From: the human T2T-CHM13v2.0 reference genome, Homo sapiens | Length of the DNA: 64,000 bases | Direction: 5' to 3' (one strand) | Assembly (NCBI RefSeq): GCF_009914755.1 | Contig: NC_060925.1 | Shown: in pieces, positions 1 to 13,922 of the stretch | Layout: each line of letters starts with the position of its first letter | Position numbering within the stretch: the stretch's first letter is position 1 | Position numbers and translations under genes: made by a program | The notes under the pieces: model-generated | The model's database searches: none | Told to the model about the DNA's origin: nothing | The model's input: only the letters and a program-made list of their open reading frames with translations

Positions 1-319
1 AGGCCCAGTGGTATCAAAAGGTGGAGTAAGAAAAAGTAATACCCAGGCACAATGCTATGCAGAATGGAGAGCCATGTGTTCATAAAAATACCTATATTTG
101 TCAAGAAAATGTTACACCGTCCCACACACTCCCTACCCCCAGTGTCCTCTGCTGTAAGAGGCAGGCAAATATATAACACATTTTAGAAAGTGTTCCTTCC
201 AAAGCCAGCACAAAAGCAAGCGTCCTTTCAGTGGCAGAGCGAGGAGGAATCTTGGTGTCAGGAATCCTGAGTCTCAAGGCCCAGCTGGTCTGCCATTCCC
301 ACAGAAACATACCCATCGG

Positions 320-430
320 GTGCCTTCAGCCTGACCCTCAGTTTCCCCATCCAAAAGTTACAAAGATTATGAGAAGCTACACAGTGGGATTATGTGAGCA
401 TCAAACATGATCAAGTATGCCAAAATACTT
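320..430 (+). mobile_element. MIR SINE fragment
   Basis: cctcagtttccccatc...gggattatgtgagcatcaaacatga resembles the MIR core. Confidence 0.55.
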
Positions 431-2179
431 TGTCAACAGTCAAACGCTGACCTTATTGCTGAGACTGGATGCTTGAAGCGGTAAGCACTGTTCACTTGAG
501 AGGAAGATGTTCTTCCCTGGAGACACTGGAAGGACAGAGAGCTGCTGCAGTATCCCCACAGCACCTAAGAATACAGGAGCTGCTATCAGCGACTCTTTTC
601 CACATTGCAGAGGCTGAATAAGAACTAGTTTCTGTAAGTCACAGGAGGAGAAAGCAAAGACCTTTGCCTATTTAAATTCCGGCCCACAAGGTTCTGCTCT
701 AGACATGGCCAATTCAAAGCTTTTATTGGTCCTTCATGTCATGGGGATTTAACTGCTCTACATTTGCAGGAAGCTTAATTGGCTCCGTTGCTAGAGGATC
801 GGCTCCTACCATTTTCCTTTACATTCGTGGCAGGCCTCAGAGGAAAAGGTGGAAATAATCATGTTCCAAGGTGAAATGAGGTGATGTGCTGGAAATCGCT
901 TGGAAGTGTATAAAATACTAGGCAAAGGTAAGGTCTAATTGTCACCCCTGCTGGTGGAAGCACTAGCTATGCAGGAGAGCCTGTGTAGCACAGTCAGGTG
1001 AATTCCAGTGTCAGATCCAAGTCGTATTGAGTCCTCTGTCCCCTACAAAGTGCACGACATTGGGCACATTATTTTACCCACAAACCCTTGTTTCCTCCTC
1101 TTTCCAGCACCTTCAGCTCCCTGAACTTGTCTTTGTTCATGTGTTTGCTGACTGCCTTCTTCCACAGAAGCAAGCTCCAGGAGGCAGGGAGATTTTCAGC
1201 CTTGTTGACTGGAAGATCCTAAGACAAGGAAGAGCACCTGCCTCCAAAATTAGTTGTCAAACAAATGAGTGCCTCTGGCACTCCCTTAGGACACTGTCTC
1301 CAGGAATTCTGTTTTGTCCCTCCGACCACTTCAAGGACTCAGCTTGATGTCTGGAATAAGGGTGACAAGTTAGGGTTGTCAGTGGGTGACAAGAGGATGG
1401 GCAAGGAGGGGATGCCAGTGGAAAAATAATTAACTTGCATGAACTCAACAGCAACTTCCTTTAGGAAACTTGACCCACTCCTTTTTTCAAAAAATATAAC
1501 CACTAAAGGGATTGAGATTTTAGCATGGAATCTCTGTGGGCAATAAGCATTCCTAAAAGGGAGTGTTAATTTTAGATTGAAAAACACTCCTTGCTTTTGA
1601 AGAACATATACTCAATAAACATAATGTTTCCACTCAAAAAAAAAAAAGATGAATAGACTGACTCCAAACCAGAAAAGCTTAATTCTTCAAGTGTATATGG
1701 CCCCATACAGGCCAAAGCAGTCTTTCTGCCAAGACAGCACTTCCCACTTCATGCCTCCCTTCCTCTCTGCACCTCTGGAGAAAAGGCAGCCAGCTGCGGT
1801 GGGACAGGGTGCAAGGAAGCCAGCCTCTCCTAATAGAAATGGTGGGGCTACAAGCGCTGAATCAGACCTGGGCTCTGCCTCCGGGCCAGGACCTTACACT
1901 CACCAGCAGCTGTCAGGCGTAGGGACCTGCTCAGGACCAGTTCTGCTCTGCATCTACATTCCTAGCAACATATGTTGAGTGAACGATGGAGGAGAAGCCA
2001 GCTTGAATTAATGAGTGAGTGAATGAATGAATGGATGTGTGTTGAGGATGTGTGTGATGTACCAAGTACTGTAGCAGGCACTGTCACCTACTTCTTCATC
2101 ATCTGCACAGCAATTCTGTGAAGTGGATGGTCATGCCTATTCAAGGTCAGAGAACTCAGGCAGTTTGCCAAAGAACTAA

Positions 2180-2879
<700 letters not shown>

Positions 2880-3234
2880 TGAAGGAGGAGCTGGAATTAA
2901 AGTAATGCCCTACCCCCAATTTTTTCAATTACAAAAATCAAACCAATTCACTTAACGTCCTGTCAGAGTCATTAATCTAACTTTATACAGAGGGGGGAGG
3001 AGAGCTTGCAAGAATCAGTAGTGATTCTTGTCATTAATTGGCTATGTCACAGCACTTACCCTGTGGTAGTCTAATTATTAGAGGGAGGGGGCAGGGGCAG
3101 GAAAGGATTGGGTACAAGATCAAGATTAATGTAGCTGTAGGGCAGTCCTCAAGGCCAGTAGACTAAACTACAGCACTTGGTAGGTGCCTGAGGAAATTAC
3201 AGGAGTTACATGGTCATTGCAGGTTCTATCTCGT

Positions 3235-3340
3235 TGTTCCCATCTTATGAAGATGTAGTGAGGATTAGGTGAAATAATATATTAAGAACTTAATGATGCC
3301 TGGTATATAATAAATACTTAATAAATATTAGTCATTGCTG
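3235..3340 (+). mobile_element. MIR fragment
   Basis: gtagtgaggattaggtgaaataatatattaagaactta...gcctggtatataataaatacttaataaatattag. Confidence 0.6.
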
Positions 3341-3581
3341 TTTTTTCCAAGTCTTCCATGTTATAAATTTCTGTGATGTATATTTTTATTTACATGAAGT
3401 ATTTTCCTCTTCAGGTTTATTTTCTTTAGCTAAATTTGCAAAAGTGAGATACCTGAATGAAAGGGTACAAGCACCCTTAGATCTCATGATAGTTCACACA
3501 TATTATCAAATTACTTTCCTAAATCATTATAATGATATATGCCATGACCAGCCACAAGGGAACCATCACTAGCACTGGTTC

Positions 3582-3870
3582 TTTTTTTTTTTTTTCTTTT
3601 TTGAGATAGAGTCTTGCTCTGTCACCCAGGCTGGAGTGCAATGACTGCAACCCTTCACACCCCGGGTTCAAGCGATTCTCCTGCCTCAACGCCCCGAGTA
3701 GCTGGGATTACAGGTGTATGCCGCCACGCCCAACAAATTTTTATATTTTTAGTAAAGATAGGGTTTCACCATGTTAGCTAGGCTGGTCTCGAACTCCTGG
3801 CCTCAGGTGATCCACCCAACTCAGCCTCCCAAAGTGCTAGGATTACAGGCATGAGCCATCATGCCCGGCC
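3582..3870 (-). mobile_element. AluS (Sx-like) SINE
   Basis: polyT + gagatagagtcttgctctgtcacccaggctgg...cctcaggtgatccaccc...atgcccggcc; flanked by cactgg direct repeats; small internal deletion. Confidence 0.95.
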
Positions 3871-4089
3871 ACACTGGGTATTATTATTGATTTTTATTTA
3901 TAATAATTGGATTGATTTTTAGGGTTGATCCTTCTACAAATACCTATCCAGAGAAGCAGTGGGCTGAGTTTAGCTGGATACAGGGTAGGGCCAACCAACC
4001 CAACTAGAATGGAACTGAAGGCAGGAAAGGGCCTCTCAGGTCAGGGAAGACTGATAAGAAAACTAGCAAGGATATGACCATTCTCAGGT

Positions 4090-4458
4090 GCTCACAGCAG
4101 GAAGGAGTGGAGCCATAAGATGCACACTGACCCCGCATCAGGAATGCTGCAGATAAACCCAGATAAGAATGAGAGACTTCTGAGGCCTGAATAGTTTGTT
4201 CAAGGAAGAAAGAAAGGACCAGTGGCAGGCAAGAAAAGCTCACAGAAGCCCAGCCCGTGTTGCCTGGCAGGAGAGGTGATAAAAGGAAGGGTCCCCAAAT
4301 TACACCTTTCTGCAGAGGAATAAGAAGAAGAAACCTGTTGGGAAATCCAGGGACACGATACCTTATAAGGACTTCTGGTCACCGGAACTTGGTACTTTTC
4401 TGTTGTTTAAGCCACTCAGTTTGTGGAACTTCGGTAGGCGGCCCCAGCAGACAATGCA
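4090..4458 (+). mobile_element. MaLR (MLT1) LTR remnant
   Basis: 3' end ggacttctggtcaccggaac...ttctgttgtttaagccactcagtttgtgg is typical of MLT1; 5' boundary uncertain. Confidence 0.6.
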
Positions 4459-4499
4459 AAGGTCCTCCTGCATCTAGCCTGCTTTCATCCCTCTCCTCA

Positions 4500-4980
4500 G
4501 CTCTCAGTATTGCCCCTCATTCACTCTCCTAGCACAGCCGACCTCCTCCTAGTGTATGGAGACACTAGGCACACCTCCACTTTGGGCACTTTTCAGGGCT
4601 GTTCCCTCTGCCTGGAACTTCCTTCTCCCCAAACCTGCCTGACTCCCTCCTACACCTCCTTCAGATCTTTACATCAATGTCACGTTCTTAATAAGGCTTT
4701 TCTTGACCACTTTGTTAAACATTGGACCTTCCCCTACTCCCACCTTCTGGTTCCTCTTACCCTGCTCTGTTCTTTTTCCTGACAGCCCCAGCCCCTCTGA
4801 CATACTATACTATTATACTCTCCTTGTTTGTCACGTTTATTGTTTCTTGTCTGTCTCACTGCATTGGAAGTTGCATGACATGATGCTAGGAATTTTTGTC
4901 TGTTTTGATCACTGATTCCTCTCAAGTGTCTTGCACAGTGTTTGACACTTAAAAGGCACTCAACTGATGAACAAATGAAT
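4500..4980 (+). mobile_element. L2 LINE 3' end
   Basis: gctgttccctctgcctggaac...cacagtgtttgacac...gcactcaac...aaatgaat L2 3' terminus. Confidence 0.75.
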
Positions 4981-4996
4981 GGTCTTGAGTGGCTGA

Positions 4997-5027
4997 TGTG
5001 TGTGTGAGGTGTGTGTGTGTGTGTGTG
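4997..5027 (+). repeat. (TG)n microsatellite
   Basis: interrupted TG run. Confidence 0.9.
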
Positions 5028-5029
5028 AT

Positions 5030-5240
5030 TTCAGTGCTTACTCTATGTCTACCCCATGCTAAGCACTGCTTGAATGCCCATGGAAACCTCTTAACAATCC
5101 TATGGGGCAATAATGATTATCTTCATCTTACGTAAACAAGGAAACCAAGACTCACAGAGACTAAGAATCTTGCCTATGCTTCTTCTGTAAGTTGGCACAT
5201 CAGAGTCCATATTCACACTCCAGGCTTTCCAATCCCAGTG
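5030..5240 (-). mobile_element. MIR
   Basis: aacaatcctatgggg...attatcttcatctta...aaggaaaccaagactcacagagactaag antisense MIR core. Confidence 0.7.
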
Positions 5241-6577
5241 CCACACTGGTTTCTTGCTGGGCATTGGCAAGGGCTCTGTTCAGGAAAATGCCCCATGCCC
5301 CGTTTCCTAGGGATCAGGGTAGTAGCCCAGGGCAGCTGCAGCCCAAGGCAAGTGTTTCTAGAGTGGCCCTGAGCCACAGCTGGCTACCACCCAGCTGGTG
5401 ATGGCTCAGGCTTCCAGGCTTGGCTCACTGATGATCAGCAGGGTCCAGATCACCCTGGATCTGCCACTCACACGTGTGTCTGGGAGGGTGAGAGAAAGGG
5501 AAGATAAGAGAGGGCAGTAAATGAGGGCAGGGAGCAGCAGGCTATTGAAATTCTACACTCACTAGGAGCCAAGTGGGCCGGGAGGCTGGTATTACTGGCT
5601 GTGCTCAGCGGGCACCCAGTGGGCAGAAATCCCATTGCCCAGTTCTCCTGGGGCGGGGGTTGAAGGGCAGACTGTAACTCTGTAGTTGTATTGTGATGGC
5701 GAAGGAGGAAACAAGAGCAGCTGATCCGGCCTGGATCAGGAGTGCCCACGTGCAAACAGACAGGCCTTTGTGTCCTGGGCCCAGACAACAGGCTGCATTC
5801 TTCCCCCACCTCAGTGACGTCCTTCACGAACATGTCCTCAGAGTGCGTTTTCAAAGGATTAATCAGCTAAGGATCAGATGACACGGCATTCCCTGTTACC
5901 CACTCTTTGCTGTAGCTGTGCCTTCACTTGTCTCTGAGCACAGAGTGGGGGGCCAGCCCCAGCCCTGCCCTTGGGGTGCTTACAGTGGGCCCCAGGTAGC
6001 TGCAGGCCTCAGAGATCTCAGCTGTCAGAATCTCAGAACACAGGAGCTGAAAGGGCCCAAGAGCAAGTCTGTCCCCTGCTTTTTATTGGAGAGGTGATGG
6101 AGTAAGCGATAGGGCCATCACTGGGACCCAGGGCTCCTGCCCCTGACAGCAGTGTCATCTGGTAGGAGCGTTAAGCTGCCCCACAGTCTGGCAGTTACAT
6201 CAGCCCCCACCAAAGGACCTAGATCACCTCCTGGAGAAGCCTGAGGGAGATGGGTTCTTGATGAAGGTAGACTTAATTCTCACTAGGCTTGATTCTGACT
6301 GGTTTCCAAAGCAAATGGCTTTCCTTGCCCAAGCCAAAAGCAGGAGACAGGAAACACCCAAGGATGTTTATTGCTGTCCTGCTTAACCACACTGTGGGAC
6401 TCCCGAATGATCAGTTACCTTGTGAAATGCTTCTTTCTCTAGATGGACAAAAATGTCCCTTGGATACTAAAACGGCCATCTTCCCTGGCTTTTTGAGATC
6501 ATGCTCTCAGAAATTAGAAGACTTGGGTTCTGCTTCCAGGTATGGCAACTTCAGACTGCAAAATCATAGAAAAGAAG

Positions 6578-6680
6578 CTCTCCTAACCCCTAATAACCAC
6601 TGATCTGTTCTCCATCTCCATAGTTTTATTTTTTTCAAGAATGTCCTATAAATGGAATAATTCAGTATGTAATCTTTTTT
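6578..6680 (-). mobile_element. Old L1M 3' UTR (host element, left part; resumes ~16557-17135)
   Basis: aaccactgatctgttctccatctccatagtttt...tataaatggaataattcagtatgtaatc continues logically at 16557 (cactatgcagcctttgagactggtttcttgcactcagcataatgc). Confidence 0.7.
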
Positions 6681-7912
6681 TACCTTCAACTTTTAATTTT
6701 GAGATAAATGTAGGTTATGCAGTGGTAAAGAATAATACAGAGATTCTATGCGCACTTTACCCAATTTCCCTTAATGATATTGCAAAACTATAAGGTTGAG
6801 ATATAGAATATTTCCAACAGCACAAGGATTCCTCATTGTCCTTTTATTCCCACACTCACTTCCTTTCCACCCCCACCGACTCCTTAATCCCTGGCAATCA
6901 CTAATCTAGTCTCCATTTCTAAAGTCTTGTCATTTCGAGAATGCCATATTTAAGGAATCATACTGTATGTAACCTTTTGTGATAGGATTTTTTCACTCAG
7001 CATAATTCTCTGGAAATGCATCTAGATTATTGTCTGTATTATCGGTCATTCCTTTTTCCTGCTGAGTATTATTCTGCAGTGTGGATGTACCAGAGTTTGT
7101 TTAACCATTCACCCATTGAAGGATATCTGGGCTGTTTCCAGGTTTTGGCTACCATGAATAAAGCTATTGTAAACATTAGTCTACAGGATTTTGTATGAAC
7201 ATTTGTCTTCATTTCTCTGGGATAATTGCCCAGGAGTGTAATTGCTGGGTCATACGGTAGTTACATGTTTAGTTTTTAAAGAAACTGACAAATCATTTTC
7301 AGATTGGTTGTAACATTTTTTACTTTCCTGCCAGCAATATGTGAGTAGTCCAGTTTCTCTACATCATCATCAGCATTTAATGTTACCACGATTTGTTTTT
7401 AGCCATTCTGATAGGTGTGTGGTGATAAAATTGTCATCTTAATTTTCTTTTCCCTAATGGCTGATGATGTTGAACAACTTTTGATGTGCTATTTACCATT
7501 TGTATATCTTTTTCAGTGAAATGTCTGTTTATGTCTTTTGCCCATGATCTAATTGGATTATTTGCTTTTTTATTGTTGAGTTTTGAGAGTTCTTTATATA
7601 TTCTAGATACTAATCATTTGCTGCATATGTGATTTGTAAATATTTTCCTCCATTCTGTAGCTTGTCTTTTCATCGTTTTAACAGGAGCTTTTATAGAACA
7701 AAAATTTTAAATTTTCATTAAGTCCAACTTATCATTTTTTCTTTCATGATTATGTTTTTGGTATTAAGTCTGAAAACTCTTTGCCTAGCTGTAGACCTCA
7801 AAGATTTTCTCCTAGTTTTGGGGTAAAAGTTTTATATTTTTGTGTTTTACATTTAAGTCCATGATCTATTTTGAGTTAACTTTTGCTTAAGGGTGTGAGA
7901 CTTAGGCCAATA

Positions 7913-7958
7913 TTGGTTATTTAGTTGGTTGGTTGGTTGGTTGGTTGATTGATTGATT
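7913..7958 (+). repeat. (TTGG)n/(TTGA)n compound microsatellite
   Basis: ttggttggttgg...gattgattgatt. Confidence 0.85.
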
Positions 7959-8060
7959 ATAGGTGCCTATAGGTGTCCATTGGTGACAGCATCATTTGTT
8001 GAAAGGCTTTCCTTTCTCTATGCAGTTGCTCTTGACTCTTGTTAAAGTCAGTTGGGCATA

Positions 8061-8317
8061 AAATGTCCAGAATAGGCACATTTATTGAGGCAGAAAATAG
8101 ACTAGTGGTTGGTCTAGGGCTATGGGGGAAGTTGCAGAAAAGTATGGGTCACTGATAAAGGGTACAAAGTTCTTTGGGGGGTAATAAAAGTGGTCTAATA
8201 TTGATTGTGGTGATGGTAGCATGACTCTGAATATATTAAAAACCACTGGGTTTTACATTTTAAGTAGGTGAGTTGTATGGTGTGTGAACTATATCCCAGT
8301 AAAGCTGTGACCAAAAG
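8061..8317 (+). mobile_element. L1MB-type 3' end inserted in opposite orientation into the L1MC
   Basis: aatgtccagaataggc...gttgtatggtgtgtgaactatatcccagtaaagctg; TSD aaagtcagttgggcata (8044-8060) / aaatcagtttggcata (8318-8333). Confidence 0.8.
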
Positions 8318-8582
8318 AAATCAGTTTGGCATATTTGTGTGGGTCTATTTCTGGTTTCTGTATTCCATTCAATCGGTCTATGTGTCTATTACTTTGCCAA
8401 TACCACAAAGACTTGATCACTGTAGCAGTACAGTAAGTCTTAAAATGTGGCAGATGGTTTCCTTTCACTTTATTTATTTTTTCCAAAATATTTTAGCTAG
8501 TCTAGTTCCTTTGCCTTTTCACATAGATCTTAGAATGATTCTATCCATGTCTGCAAAAATCTTATCAGGGTTTGGATAGGTA

Positions 8583-8896
8583 CTGCCGATCCTCTGTATC
8601 AATTGGTTTCACATCTGTAGATTCAACCAACCAAGGATCAAAATATTTTTTAAATAAAAAATAACAATGCAACAATAAAAAATACAAATAACAATACAAC
8701 ATATCAACTATTTACATACATTTAATTGTATTAGGTATTATAAGTAATCTAAAGATGATTTAAAGTATATGGGAGGCTGTGCTTAGGTTTTATGCAAATA
8801 CCATGCCTTTTTATTGAGGGACTTGAGCATCCAAGGATTTTGGTATGGAGGAGGGTGTCCTGGAGCCAATTTCCTGAAAATATCGAGAGATAATTG
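8583..8896 (-). mobile_element. MER2 (TcMar-Tigger MITE)
   Basis: gattcaaccaacc...ttgtattaggtattataagtaatctaaagatgatttaaagtata...gggacttgagcatcc; TA on both sides. Confidence 0.85.
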
Positions 8897-8982
8897 TATC
8901 GCAATAAGTGTATATCAATTTGGGAGAAATTGACATCTTTGTTAAATTTTCCAATTCATGTTGTGCAGGAGATGGGTTTTCT

Positions 8983-11555
8983 GAATATATATGTAGGAAA
9001 TATATATAGGAAATATATATATATTAGAAATATATATAGGAAATATATATATATTAGAAATATATATAGGAAATATATATATATTAGAAATATATATATA
9101 GGAAATATATATATATTAGAAATATATATATAGGAAATATATATATATTAGAAATATATATATAGGAAATATATATATATTAGAAATATATATATAGGAA
9201 ATATATATATATTAGAAATATATATATAGGAAATATATATATATTAGAAATATATATATAGGAAATATACATATATTAGAAATATATATATAGGAAATAT
9301 ACATATATTAGAAATATATATATAGGAAATATACATATATTAGAAATATATATATAGGAAATATACATATATTAGAAATATATATATAGGAAATATATAT
9401 ATATTAGAAATATATATATAGGAAATATATATATATTAGAAATATATATATAGGAAATATATATATATTAGAAATATATACATAGGAAATATATATATAT
9501 TAGAAATATATACATAGGAAATATATATATATTAGAAATATATACATAGGAAATATATATATATTAGAAATATATACATAGGAAATATATATATATTAGA
9601 AATATATACATAGGAAATATATATATATTAGAAATATATACATAGGAAATATATATATATTAGAAATATATACATAGGAAATATATATATATTAGAAATA
9701 TATACATAGGAAATATATATATATTAGAAATATATACATAGGATATATATATATATTAGAAATATATACATAGGAAATATATATATATTAGAAATATATA
9801 CATAGGAAATATATATATATTAGAAATATATACATAGGAAATATATATATATTAGAAATATATACATAGGAAATATATATATATTAGAAATATATACATA
9901 GGAAATATATATATATTAGAAATATATACATAGGAAATATATATATATTAGAAATATATACATAGGAAATATATATATATTAGAAATATATACATAGGAA
10001 ATATATATATATTAGAAATATATACATAGGAAATATATATATATTAGAAATATATACATAGGAAATATATATATATTAGAAATATATACATAGGAAATAT
10101 ATATATATTAGAAATATATACATAGGAAATATATATATATTAGAAATATATACATAGGAAATATATATATATTAGAAATATATACATAGGAAATATATAT
10201 ATATTAGAAATATATACATAGGAAATATATATATATTAGAAATATATACATAGGAAATATATATATATTAGAAATATACACATAGGAAATATATATATAT
10301 TAGAAATATACACATAGGAAATATATATATATTAGAAATATACACATAGGAAATATATATATATTAGAAATATACACATAGGAAATATATATATATTAGA
10401 AATATACATAGGAAATATATATATTAGAAATATACATATAGGAAATATATATATTAGAAATATACATATAGGAAATATATATATTAGAAATATACATATA
10501 GGAAATATATATATTAGAAATATACATATAGGAAATATATATATATTAGAAATATACATATAGGAAATATATATATTAGAAATATACATATAGGAAATAT
10601 ATATATATTAGAAATATACATATAGGAAATATATATATATTAGAAATATACATATAGGAAATATATATATATTAGAAATATACATATAGGAAATATATAT
10701 ATTAGAAATATACATATAGGAAATATATTAGAAATATACATATAGGAAATATATATATTAGAAATATACATATAGGAAATATATATATTAGAAATATACA
10801 TATAGGAAATATATATATTAGAAATATACATATAGGAAATATATATATTAGAAATATATATAGGAAATATATATATATTAGAAATATATATAGGAAATAT
10901 ATATATATTAGAAATATATATAGGAAATATATATATATTAGAAATATATATAGGAAATATATATATAGGAAATATATATAGGAAATATATATATAGGAAA
11001 TATATATATAGGAAATATATATATAGGAAATATATATATTGGAAATATATATATAGGAAATATATATATATTAGAAATATATATATAGGAAATATATATA
11101 TTAGAAATATATATAGGAAATATATATATATTAGAAATATATATATAGGAAATATATATATTAGAAATATATATATAGGAAATATATATATATTAGAAAT
11201 ATATATATAGGAAATATATATATTAGAAATATATATATAGGAAATATATATATATTAGAAATATATATATAGGAAATATATATATATTAGAAATATATAT
11301 ATAGGAAATATATATATATTAGAAATATATATATAGGAAATATATATATATTAGAAATATATATATAGGAAATATATATATATTAGAAATATATATATAG
11401 GAAATATATATATATTAGAAATATATATATAGGAAATATATATATATTAGAAATATATATATAGGAAATATATATATATTAGAAATATATATATAGGAAA
11501 TATATATATATTAGAAATATATATAGGAAATACATATATATAGGAAATGTATATT
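8983..11555. repeat. AT-rich VNTR/minisatellite, unit ~ATATTAGAAATATATATATAGGAAATATATAT (30-32 bp, roughly 80 copies)
   Basis: directly visible tandem array with variant blocks. Confidence 0.99.
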
Positions 11556-11558
11556 TTA

Positions 11559-11562
<4 letters not shown>

Positions 11563-11600
<38 letters not shown>
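11563..11600. repeat. (TA)19 microsatellite
   Basis: pure TA run at the VNTR right end. Confidence 0.97.
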
Positions 11601-11602
<2 letters not shown>

Positions 11603-13503
11603 AAATTTCCAATTCATGAACATGGCATGTCTCTGCATTTATTTAGATGATTTCTTTCATCAACGTCATGTGATTTTCTGAATTTAAGTTTTGTACATTT
11701 TGTTAGACTTACCTAAGTATTTATTTTTTTAAGGCTATTGTACATGATATTGTATTTTTAATTGTAGTGTTCAAGTCTTCACTGCTAGTATATAGATGTA
11801 TGACTGATTTTTGTATGTTTGTCTCGTACCGTTACATTGCTGAATTAATTGATTAGTTTTGGATGTTTTTTTGTGGATGCCATGTCATTTCTAGGCAAAT
11901 AAGCATTTCATCTGAAATAGAAACAGTTTTATTTATTCCTTTCTGATCTATATGCCTTTTATTCTCTTTTCTTGCCTGATTAAACTGGCCAGAACTTCCA
12001 GCACTATGTTGAATAAGAGTGATGAGAGCACACATCCTTGTTTTGTTGCTGATATTAGGAACAAAGTATTCAGTCTTTACAATTAGGTATAATGTTAGCT
12101 GCAAGTTTTTCGTAGATGCTTTTTATCAAGTTGAAGTTTCTTTCTATTATTGTTTTTCAAAAAAACTTTTTATCATGAATAGGCATTTAATTTTGTTGAA
12201 TGCTTTTTCTTTTACATCAGTTGATATGATCATCTAATTTTTCTCCTTCTTTTTTAGTCTGTTAACATAGTGAATTACATTGATTGCGCCAGCCTTATAT
12301 TTCGGGAATGAACTCTAATTGGTGACTTTTTATATATTGCTAAATTCTATTTAGCAACAGAATACTTCTTTTTATATATTGCTAAGTTCTATTTCCTATT
12401 TTCTTAGAAATTTTGCATCTGTATTCATGAAAGATATTGTTCTGTAATATTCTTTTTTTGTACTGTCTTTGTCTGGTTTTGGTATGCAGGTAATACCAGC
12501 TTGATGAAATAAATTGGGGTGGGTTCCTTCCTATTTTATTTTCTGGAAAATATTTTGTAGAATTGAAGTAAATTCTTCTTTATTCTTTTTTATTCTCCAA
12601 AGACACCATTTAAGCCTGAAGATTTCTTTGTTAGGCGTTTTTTCACTACCAATTAATTCCATTTATTTAGTAGCTTTGGGCTATGCAAATGATCTATTTC
12701 ATATTGGGTGAGTTGTAGTAGTTTGTATTTTTGAATAGATTTGTCCATTTCATGTAACTTGTCAAATTTGTGTGTGTAGAGTTGTTCATACTATCTTTTT
12801 TTATTAACCATTTGATGCCTCCATGGTCTGTAGTGATATGCCCTGTTTCATACCTGATATTAATAATTTGTGTCTTCACTCCTTTTTTGTCAGTCTTGCT
12901 AGAGAGGTTTGTTGATTTTATTGATCTTTCAAAGGATCAACTTTTTGTTTCATTGATTTCCTCTACTGTTTTTCTGTTTTAAATTTCATTATTTCTGTGG
13001 TTAATTTTATGATTTTCTTCCTTCTGCTTGCTTTGGGCTAATTTTTTTCTTCTTCTCTATGTTCCTGAGACGGGAGTTTAGATTATTGTTTTGACACTTT
13101 CCTCCTTTTTCTAGAGTATGCATTTAGTGCTATACATTTTACTCTCAGCACTGCTTTAGCTGTGTCCCACAAAAATTTTGTTGCATTTTCATTTACATTT
13201 AGTTCAATGTAATTTTTAATTTCTCTGAGACTTTCTCTTTGATTTATGTATTATTTAGAAGTTATTTAGTTTCTAAGTGTTTGGTCATTTTTTCCATTTT
13301 CTTTCTGTTATTGATCACTAACTTGAGTTTATTGTGGTCAGGAGAACACACTCTGTATGATTTCTTTTAAATTTGTTGAAGTTTATTTTATGGCCCTGGA
13401 TCTGATCTATTTTGGGATATGTTACACTGAAAATTGAAAAAACGTATGCATATTCTGCTGTTGTTAGGCACAGTATTCTATAAATGCTGATTAGATCTTT
13501 GTG

Positions 13504-13922
<419 letters not shown>

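Noticed and set aside
8983-11600. CRISPR-like array or repeat-protein ORFs in the VNTR
   Set aside because: Head-to-tail tandem units with no unique spacers, eukaryotic context, no cas genes; the Ile/Tyr-rich ORFs are artefacts.
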